Source: Marsupella aquatica
Taxonomy: Eukaryota; Plantae; Marchantiophyta
Reading direction: 5' to 3'
Assembly (NCBI GenBank): GCA_973895155.1
Contig: OZ316892.1
Coordinates: 23,041,168-23,105,167 of the forward strand
Length of the DNA: 64,000 bases
The notes under the pieces were generated by a model. It searched no databases and was not told where the DNA came from. It saw only the letters and a list, made by a program, of their open reading frames with translations. Both the position numbers and the translations under genes were made by a program. Of the stretch, positions 53,878 through 62,756 are shown one piece after another. The first letter of the stretch is position 1; each line of letters starts with the position of its first letter.

Positions 53878-54973
53878 TGTCACATTCGGGTGGGGGGAGT
53901 CTAATTGTATTTACTCCCCGTTTCCTTTCAAGACATAAAAAGGAAACTCAGTATTAAATTCCCTCTTTTACGAGGAAGACAGCACCACCCCCTGTGTTGT
54001 CCCGTTGTGCCTTCTGGACGTCGATCTCTCTCGCCATACGGCTGCCCTGGCGTCTATTCTCTGGAAACTGAGGCAGCTCACGTCACGATACGTTCCAGCT
54101 TTCAACGCTCAATTCGAAGTGCTGCTAACCCGATTGGAGTGCCCTGGAGAATTTGTTTCATGGTAGCTTTGTGGTTGATTATAGTCCTTGGTGGGCATTT
54201 GATCCACCTTGAACTTTGCCGATTGTAGTTTCACTTGGACATTAGGTTTATTTGCTGTCCTCGCTGATGTTTTAGTCGTTTTTTGTCTTCTGTTTTGTCT
54301 TGGCAAATAGTTGATCCTGTTATTTGGATTTTCGCTCGCGGACAGTTGTTCAGTTCTGACTGGTTCTCGTCCTTTTCCTTTGTCTAAGTCAGCCCTCTTA
54401 TTTGCGGTAGGTGTTTAGCTGGTTTTCTTTGGTGATTCTTTGCTATTTTTCACCGGTAGTTGATCCTGTTATCCTTTGCCCTCGGGACTGAATGTGTTTG
54501 GTCTCTGGGTGGTTCTTTGGCCTTGTGATCGTTGTTGGTCTGGCCTGTTACTCCCGGTCGTTTATTGGGTTTTAATACTTTCACATTAGTAAAGTGCCCT
54601 GGAGATTTTTGGATGAGGGTCCAGCGACTCTTTCCCGCGCCCATTTCCTTTGCTGGCACAAGTTATTGTGAAGATGGGGCTGGACGCTGAAGCTGCTTTG
54701 GGTTCTCTCCTCGCCCTGTGGGAAAAGGCGAGGCAGAGGCTACAGTGTTCTAATGAAGCTCCAGCTTCCCCGTCGATTCTGCCGGAGTCAAGAAAGCCAC
54801 CTAAAAAGGTTTGCCGTATGCCCTCCTCCCGCTATACAGGAAGGTTCAGGAAGACATTGAAACTTGACTCCGATTTATTTGCCAAAATTGTCTGTGATCT
54901 GTCTGATCATTTGATTTACCCATATTGACTATGATCTGTCTGATCGTGTATCTTGTTTCTTACTAATAATCAG

Positions 54974-56121
54974 GATCCGCGTGACCTGCAGATCAATGAG
55001 ATGGTGTACCTTGTGGATGAGCCCCAGGACAAGCCACAACTGGAAGTTGTGTTCTTCCACGGCCTTGAGCTCAAGCATTCTGGAGAGGCGCATGTCAAAA
55101 CTTGGATGTCTCGTGATGACTCCGAATTTTGGCTGAAAACTTGGTTACACGACTCATTTCCCGACGCTAGAATCCTTACGATCTCCTATGACTCTTCTGG
55201 GGCCCTAGACATGTTTCTCACAGCAGAGAATTTGTTGTCGTCGCTAACTATGAATGGAGCTGATGTGGGAAAGGCCGGCTGCCCAGTGATATTTGTAGGG
55301 CATTGTCTAGGAGGTTTGATAATGAAGGAGCTTTGCTTATTCGCATCCGATACAATAAGTTGAAACAGTCGAGAAAAGTTGGGAGTACAACGAGTTCATG
55401 ACCTCTTTTCCAATCTGAAAGGAATGTTTTTTTTGGGGACTCCTCAGACAGGATCAGAGCTCGGTGACCTGTTGCACGATTTATTCAAAGGCGAAGGGGC
55501 ACCCATTGAAGAGATAGAGATTCTGAAAGCGTCTAGTGCAAGAAGAAACGAACACTTCAATAAGTTGAAGTCACTCCACAAGTGGGCTACTTTTGGAATA
55601 GGCGAAACACGTGAGACTGATTTGGTGAGCCTGGTTTAGCTAACACTTTTGGGATTCATTGCTTGGTTTGGGTAGTTTTTGGACCTGATATCTTTTGAAA
55701 CTGGGGATTCTTTCTCAAGTATAGATAGGCTTATAATCCTTTTTGGAAATCCATCGCATTAGGGTGGCCAGGCAGAGAATCTGTGGGCTTACTTATTTAA
55801 GTTCCGAGTTCACCTTTGTAGATATGCTAGTTAGGCGAGGAGCATTTATGGACGTGTGAGCTATTCTAGTGTGGAATTGTATCCACAGCAATCTGGGAGA
55901 CACTATATCTAATGAGCGGCTTTGCTCTCTACCTGAGTACTGAATCTTCTCCTTCTCGTTTACAGAAAATTATCGGAAAGCGTGTCCATGTCAGTCCCGA
56001 AGCCTCCACAAGACCATATATGGATGGATACTACTCTGTTGATGCAGATCATTATGACATTTGCAAACCAAAGGGGAGGGATGATAGTATATTTCTTCAC
56101 CTTGCGCAATTTCTCAGAGAG
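54974..56121 (+). CDS. NLR exons 2-3: SERAC1/PGAP1/SesB-like alpha/beta-hydrolase domain
   Basis: Motifs VVFFHGL, FWLKTWL..PDARILTISYDS, PVIFVGHCLGGLIMKE, KGMFFLGTPQTGS and ADHYDICKP (catalytic His region). Confidence 0.85.
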
Positions 56122-56514
56122 GTAAGCACTTTCAACAGACATGACCGTAATTTTTGAGCGATTGGTCTTGCAAGTGCATGTTGGTAAGAGTCGAATGAGA
56201 AGTTTCTTGGAAGAGGGCTCGAGGTACGTTTAGTGGTGGTCAGGTAGATTTTGTGAAATCTCTCTCTTCAGTATCGTAGTCCATCGGGTGACGTAGTTTA
56301 ACGCACACGAAAGTTGCAGGGACGTGTGTTTGGTCCTGAAATTGGCAATCGTTTAGGCTGGTTTCTAAAGGTTAAACCAATTGCAATGTTATTAAGTTTC
56401 TAGATTACTCTGATGGTTAATACCCTGCAGACGTTCCGAGGAGCAGAAAAATTCAATTTCATCTCTAGTTTGACACTAACACAAGTGTTCTTGGTTCGAA
56501 ATTGGAAACCTCAG

Positions 56515-57614
56515 ATGAAAAGAGGCGGAGTACTTGACGCACGAGCTAAGGCAGACAGCATCAGCGGTCGACCATATGTTGTAGATCGGGAAGGCCGTGC
56601 CGAAAAGTTAGAGGAGCAGTTAGCCCAGCCAGGTATCCACACAGTGTTCGTACTTGGTTTGAGCGGTGTTGGGAAAACAACCTTAGCTCAGCAGGTCTTT
56701 CGTAACCTTAGTCACAGTTATGAAGTCATATGCTTTGTATCTTTGGACAACATGAATCCGAGTTCAAGTCATGGAGAAGTGAATGAACAGGTTGTGAAAG
56801 AACAGGTTGTAGCAAGGATTGTAACACAATTCGGAGAAGCGGACGAAGGATTCGAGAAAAATAGGAGCAGCATGATTTATCGTCTGAAGGGAAGGAAGGT
56901 CCTAATGGTTCTAGACAATGTGGACTTACTAGTCCAACTGAAGGCGTTGTCCACTGAGGAGTGGCTAGACAAAAGCTCAAGCAAACTACTCATCACCACC
57001 AACAACCCCAGCGTCATCAGCCATACGAGTACCGTTTTTGACGTTAAGTACCTGAGGAAAAAGGAATCAAAAGAGTTGTTCAATCACTACGCTTTCAATG
57101 GTGAAGACGGACCGGATCATTTGAAAGACGTCATCCAGCAAGTGATAGATAAATGCGAGAATCATCCGCTGTCTTTAAAAGTTTTGGGCGGTTTTGTCGG
57201 AAATATGGGGTACCATCACAGTGAGGAATGGTGGTTGGAAATTATCCGTAAGCTGCAGAGGGCCGAAGAAGTAGAGGGTGGCCGTGACAGTAGGATTTTC
57301 GGCAAGTTAAGCTGTGCTACGATAATCTTCCGCATACTGAACAAGAAATATTCTTGGACATTGCTACATGGTTTCACGGCCGTGAATTGTCCTTGGCGGA
57401 GCGCATCTGGAAGCCCCGTTGGGGTTCGACGGAAGTACCACGGGCGAATTTGCAGCGACGGTTTCTTTTTAGTATAGAGTCGGGCTACATAAAGATGCAC
57501 CAACTGTTGAGAAATCTTGGACAGAGTATAACATGTCCTTCGGGAACAAGTATCGACCAATGGAAACGAATACCTGACCCATCGTCTCGATGGGAAGAGA
57601 TTGAAGAAATAGAG
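56515..57614 (+). CDS. NLR exon 4: NB-ARC domain (frameshifted at ~57310)
   Basis: P-loop GLSGVGKTT, kinase-2 LMVLDNVD, RNBS-B SKLLITT, RNBS-C ELFNHYAF, GLPL-equivalent CENHPLSLKVLG, RNBS-D, and MHD-equivalent IKMHQLLRNLG. Confidence 0.92.
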
Positions 57615-57750
57615 GTGCTAATTCTACTCTTTAGACGCGATATCCTCTTTTCTCGGAAATACTTCTATTCTCCTTCCAGATGTTGAGATTTTAGTGATAG
57701 ATGGAAAAAGTCAGATGAACTAAGAACATTGGAATGATTGCATCATGCAG

Positions 57751-60700
57751 GGGAAAATGGAGACAACGGCTCTGGAGTTTAAGTTCCGGGAAATGCGGAA
57801 GATAATGCTTCACGAAACGTCCTTCGTGAAATGTCATCGTCTTCAATACTTGAGACTGGATTTTCCTGTTAAGAAAACGCCGGAGAGACTGGAACTTCCC
57901 AGATCCTTGGTGTATTTGAGTTTGGCAAATGGTTTGTTTACTACTTGCCCTGTGGATCTTACCCGCTTGAGAAAATTGGTGGTTCTAGAACTTCCAAATT
58001 GTAAATCCATGAACTTCCTTGCCGCTGACCTCAAGAATGTGAAGGAGCTTACGCTGTTGAATCTTCGAGGTTGCAAAAAGTTGAGAGAGCTGCCTCGGGG
58101 ATTATCCGAAAAACTCGAGTACTTGGACATGAATGATACTGGCCTGGAGGAGCTACCGGAGGAGCTTGGGAGGTTAATAAAACTCACTCGCTTGAGGGTT
58201 AGCTCGCGGCAGTTAACACGGGTTCCTGAAGGTGTAGGCAACCTGGAGTGTTTATCGGAGCTGGATCTATCTTTCACAAGCTTGACCAGCCTGCCCGAGT
58301 CCATTGGTCGTCTCAAAAAATTAGAACGGTTGGATTTGAGATCGACATTGTTGAGTTCTTTGCCAGACAGCATATGCGGGCTCCAGTTAATGGGAAGTTT
58401 CCAGGTATCCAACACAAGGTTAGCGGCGCTGCCTGAAAACATCGGTCGGCTGGTGAAGTTGACGACATTAGACTTGCACGAAACGTGTTTGAAGCGCCTT
58501 CCTGAGTCAGTGGGGGACCTCTGTAAGCTGACAGAGCTAGATTTGAGCAACACTCTGTTAGAATCTCTACCGAATTCCATCGGTCGGCTTATAAACTTGG
58601 AGCTATTATGCTTGGATCACACGCGTTTGAAGGGCCTTCCTGAGTCTGTGGGGGACCTCTGTAAGCTGACGTGGCCGGACTTCCGCAACACTCAGTTAGA
58701 ATCTCTACCGAATTCCATCGGTCGGCTTATACAATTGGAGCGATTACACTTGAATTACACGTGTTTGAAGTGCCTTCCTGAGTCAGTGGGGGACCTCTGT
58801 AAGCTGACAAAGCTGGATTTGCGCAACACTCAGTTAGAATCCTTACCGAATTCCATCGGTCGGCTTATAAGCTTGGAGGAATTAGACTTGAAGAACACTT
58901 GTTTGAAGTGGCTTCCTGAGTCAGTCGGGGACCTCTGTAAGCTGAGGAGGCTAGACTTGCGCAACACTTTGTTAGAATCTGTACCCAATTCCATTGGTCG
59001 GCTTACAAACTTGGAACGATTACTCTTGCATGACACGTGTTTGAAGTGGCTTCCTGAGTCGGTGGGGGACCTCTGTAAGCTGAGGCGGCTGGACTTGCAC
59101 AACACTCCGTTAGAATCTGTACCGAATTCCATCGGTCGGCTAATAAACTTGGAGGAATTAGACTTGGAGAAGACTTGTTTGAAGTGCCTTCCTGACTCAG
59201 TGGGGGACCTCTGTAAGCTGAGGAAGCTGGACTTGTGCAACACTCTGTTAGAATCTGTACCGAATTCCATCTGTCGGCTTACAAACTTGGAACAATTACT
59301 CTTGCATTACACGTGTTTGAAGTGGCTTCCTGAGTCGGTGGGGGACGTCTGTAACCTGAGGTGGCTGGGCTTGCACAACACTCCGTTAGAATCTGTACCG
59401 GATTCCATCGGTCGGCTTATAAACTTGGAGGAATTAGACTTGGAGAAGACTTGTTTGAAGTGCCTTTCTGACTCAGTGGGGGACCTCTGTAAGCTGAAGA
59501 AGCTGGACCTGCAGAACACTCCGTTAGAATCTGTACCGAATTCCATTGGTCGACTTTTAAACTTGGGGAAATTATACTTGGTGAACACATGCTTAAAGTG
59601 CCTTCCTGAGTCAGTGGGGGACCTCTCTAACCTGACAACTCTGGATCTGGACTATACTCCGTTAGAAACTGTACCGGATTCCATCGGTAAACTTAAATCT
59701 CCACGCTGGTTGTCTTTGCGGGGCACTCAGCTAAGGACGCTTCCAAGGACCATAGGAGATCTTAGTCTTTCTACTTTGCTGGTAAGTTCCACCAAATGGA
59801 GGGCATGGCCGTCGTCAGTTGCATTGTTAAAGCTAGAGTTACTTGAAGCACCAATTAGCTCAATTTGGTCTAGTCGTGAAGCCGCTTCTTCGTCCGAGGA
59901 AGTGGAAGGTGAAACAGAAGACGGTGTTGCATCAAATCTGACGTCAGAGCAGAAAGATGGCAAAGGCAAAGAAATTGAAGCATCCTGTTCCGGCTCAGAG
60001 GAGATTGAAGATCAACTAGAAGAGGATTCTGTCCTTCAAACAGACGCGACATACGCATTCAAGATATATTCCCGTGTCTTTCAGAATGTATCTCGTCTAA
60101 AACTAAATGGCAGATGTTGCCAGCAATCGTGGCTTCAGCCTCTGTTTCGTGCAATGCAGCAGGAAGGGCCATCCCTTGTGTATCTGCATTTGGAAGACTT
60201 CGTCTTTGCAGAGGAGATCCCTTGTGAAATCGGAACATTGACGGGTTTACAGTACTTGTCTGTGACCGGTTGGAGCAGACTTCTGGAATTGCCCGCATCC
60301 TTGGGCGAGCTAGACTCCCTGGAATATCTGTATCTAGAAAACAATCCAAAATTACACAAATTGCCCGAATGTTTGAGTTCCTTGCCTGTCTTCCGAAGGC
60401 TCGACATCCTGCAGTGCGGGAGCTTGCAGAGCATGCCGCGCTCTTTCAGCCGCGAGTCTCCAATCCACAAACATTATTCAATGGATGCGATGTGCTCTTT
60501 GGGGAATGACTATGGACGGTTGTCATCTGTAGTTTCCGATTCATGGAGAATATTGCAATCCTTCTTGATGTGTTGCGGGAAGCTCGTCCCACGTAGTTTG
60601 AGTTACGTGGTTGAGTGCAACAAATTGGGAAAGGCACAGGAGAGAGCAGTGAAAGCTCATGATGGTCGGGTTTATGAGCTAGAGAAGGAGGTGTTCATGG

Positions 60701-60963
60701 AGCTATTCAACGAAGCGGATGGGCATCGTTGTAGATGGGACCCTGAGGAGCGTGGGCTCGATGAAGAAGAGCCTTCCACTTCCACATCGGTTTCCTGTGG
60801 GTCGGAGTGCAAACAAAGAGATGATCCGGTTTACGAATTGCGACCTTCCATGCATCCTGTCCAAACCGTCGGACTTTTGTGCATGGCCAATTGTGATTTG
60901 CACAGAGATGGGATAGAGGTCACTCTGTACGAGGATCCCTCCAGATACTACCAATCACCATAA
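57751..60963 (+). CDS. NLR exon 5: long LRR domain (~30 repeats), acidic island and C-terminal extension
   Basis: Uninterrupted 1070-codon frame with 23-aa LPxSIGxLxxLxxLDLxxTxLxx repeats. Confidence 0.95.
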   Translation, partial: GKMETTALEFKFREMRKIMLHETSFVKCHRLQYLRLDFPVKKTPERLELPRSLVYLSLANGLFTTCPVDLTRLRKLVVLELPNCKSMNFLAADLKNVKELTLLNLRGCKKLRELPRGLSEKLEYLDMNDTGLEELPEELGRLIKLTRLRVSSRQLTRVPEGVGNLECLSELDLSFTSLTSLPESIGRLKKLERLDLRSTLLSSLPDSICGLQLMGSFQVSNTRLAALPENIGRLVKLTTLDLHETCLKRLPESVGDLCKLTELDLSNTLLESLPNSIGRLINLELLCLDHTRLKGLPESVGDLCKLTWPDFRNTQLESLPNSIGRLIQLERLHLNYTCLKCLPESVGDLCKLTKLDLRNTQLESLPNSIGRLISLEELDLKNTCLKWLPESVGDLCKLRRLDLRNTLLESVPNSIGRLTNLERLLLHDTCLKWLPESVGDLCKLRRLDLHNTPLESVPNSIGRLINLEELDLEKTCLKCLPDSVGDLCKLRKLDLCNTLLESVPNSICRLTNLEQLLLHYTCLKWLPESVGDVCNLRWLGLHNTPLESVPDSIGRLINLEELDLEKTCLKCLSDSVGDLCKLKKLDLQNTPLESVPNSIGRLLNLGKLYLVNTCLKCLPESVGDLSNLTTLDLDYTPLETVPDSIGKLKSPRWLSLRGTQLRTLPRTIGDLSLSTLLVSSTKWRAWPSSVALLKLELLEAPISSIWSSREAASSSEEVEGETEDGVASNLTSEQKDGKGKEIEASCSGSEEIEDQLEEDSVLQTDATYAFKIYSRVFQNVSRLKLNGRCCQQSWLQPLFRAMQQEGPSLVYLHLEDFVFAEEIPCEIGTLTGLQYLSVTGWSRLLELPASLGELDSLEYLYLENNPKLHKLPECLSSLPVFRRLDILQCGSLQSMPRSFSRESPIHKHYSMDAMCSLGNDYGRLSSVVSDSWRILQSFLMCCGKLVPRSLSYVVECNKLGKAQERAVKAHDGRVYELEKEVFMELFNEADGHRCRWDPEERGLDEEEPSTSTSVSCGSECKQRDDPVYELRPSMHPVQTVGLLCMANCDLHRDGIEVTLYEDPSRYYQSP
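58429..59670 (+). repeat. Nine tandem 138-bp units, each encoding an alternating pair of 23-aa LRRs
   Basis: The DNA scaffold 'ccgaattccatcggtcggctt...tgtttgaag..cttcctgagtcagtgggggacctctgtaagctg...aacactc.gttagaatct' recurs every 138 bp. Confidence 0.95.
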
Positions 60964-61712
60964 GCCATCCTACATGTAATCCTTGTGCAGAGGCTGTCCG
61001 AGGGGAACAAATTGCAGATGTTTTAGCCTTGGAGATTACATATGTTCTGTCAATTAATATATGTGATCCCTCTGCAGAGGCTGTCCTAGGATACAAATTG
61101 GATATGTTTTAGCCAACACTGCAGATTACATATGTTCTGTGAATTAATTTGATTGTGGTGGTTTGATTGGCCTGTAGAAAATTATTATGTTTTACAACGT
61201 TGCCCCCAAATCTATGTAATTCTGGAGTTGCTTGCATGAATCGAAGTTTAGTGGCAGACTCCCACTATTGGAGCTATGTTTGGCCATCCAATGCTTGCAG
61301 GGCCAATTCAATAATTAATTTAGTTTGAGTGCAGTTTAGTATTGTTGTTAAATAATGAGGGTAAAACATGGGTGATAATTATGTAGTTAAGATCGAAGAA
61401 GAGCAGGCAATTCCGCTGCAAGACCTTGTAAAGGGAGTTTGGAGAGGGCATCAAGTTGGGTTGGTTTCAGCACACTTTACAATGAGATGGTGAAATCTGG
61501 GGTAAACTTCTCATTCTTCCATAATTAGGGTATTAATTATAATGTTGATACCAAAAGAGTTTGAGATTGACAAAGAAGATATGTAGCAAAATCCAAGGCC
61601 CTTTGCAAGTCTTGCGGTAGGGATAAACCTCCACGCCACCTAGTCAGCTCCTTTCATACTAGTAGGGACCTGTCCATTAAACCACAACTACTTGTATAAG
61701 AGCTATGTGTCC

Positions 61713-61845
61713 GTAGCTTTTATTATACAGGGTTTAGTTTCCCTATGAATGGACTTGGGCTCAATTTTTTACAGCGAGTAGCTTTTATTATACAGGGTTT
61801 AGTTTCCCTATGAATGGACTTGGGCTCAATTTTTTACAGCGAGTA
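61713..61845. repeat. Perfect ~65-bp tandem duplication
   Basis: 'gtagcttttattatacagggtttagtttccctatgaatggacttgggctcaattttttacagcga' occurs twice in tandem. Confidence 0.9.
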
Positions 61846-62486
61846 CACTGTTCACTGGGGCCAGGAATGAATAGTAGAGCACCAAATAGGGCCCTTCTAT
61901 ATGGGTAGGTGTGGTTTAATAGGAAATATACTCAAATGAAGGAACTTGTGAGACTAAGGCAATGAGAGGCACCAAAAACCAAATAGGAATGATGATGATG
62001 ATGGGGCTCTTCTCCTATATATGGCGAGCAGCATTTACTAATAGAAAGAACCAAGGTTGAGACTGCAAGTTCCTGAATACTCTATTACCCATTTAAAATG
62101 ACATTAGCAGGAGGTCCCAGGATTACTAACAAGAATTGTACTTCACTCCTTAATGTCTTTCTAACTGCTAGCCACTTAATTGCAATCAAGTCGGCTATAT
62201 CATAGATGGACGCTGTGGAATTTGAGGAAAAACTGCATGTGAGCACTCCTTTGTGAGAATTTCATGGTGACTAGTGCCCCGGCTAGGCCTTTTGAATTTA
62301 ACTTATAGGACAACTCCTGGGAATGAACCATCTACTGTAGCATAATTGATCATTCAGATTTCTTTTGAATAGTCCATGGATCATTGTAAGCAGCAATTGA
62401 TGCATGCAACCTAAATTTGAGTGATGTCCATTTGGATCAAGCTAGAGTGAAATACTCAGATTATTCTTTAGTTAACTTCAATGACT

Positions 62487-62756
62487 ACGTATTTCCTGGC
62501 AGGAAGAAACTTTACTGGCGTGTAACCTTTTCTACAAGGTGTTACCATTTCCATAACCCTGTGCCCGGAAATTTTTACCTGGTAATCTTTTTTCCGGACA
62601 TATATTACGTATGACTGTTTGGGTTGGGGTTCTAGTCTGAAACCTGTTCCCACAGAGCTCAAAAAAACTTCCTGGCTGCTGCCAGTCGGCATTTCCTCAC
62701 TTTCTGGTTACAAGGTTACAGGCTAGTAACCCCATAGCAAACCGTCATTACCCTAG
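62487..62756. repeat. ~270-bp dispersed repeat, copy 2 (downstream of the NLR)
   Basis: Direct-orientation homolog of 53131-53399. Confidence 0.9.

Larger units (their letters stand above)
54674..60963 (+). pseudogene. Alpha/beta-hydrolase-NB-ARC-LRR (HNL-type) NLR immune receptor, ~1750 aa if repaired; disrupted by one in-frame stop and one frameshift
   Basis: Exons 54674-54808, 54974-55624, 55966-56121, 56515-57614, 57751-60963, all GT-AG, phase 0. In-frame TGA at 55361-55363; 1-nt deletion at ~57310 (restoring an A gives KLKLCYDNLPHTEQEIFLDIA, RNBS-D). Confidence 0.85.

Noticed and set aside
55361-55363. TGA as selenocysteine, programmed readthrough or an editing site
   Set aside because: Land plants lack Sec machinery, the context is not a known readthrough motif, U-to-C editing is organellar, and a second lesion (frameshift) exists downstream.
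57843-59588. Long antisense ORFs (245, 146 and 93 aa)
   Set aside because: Shadows of the repetitive LRR coding strand.
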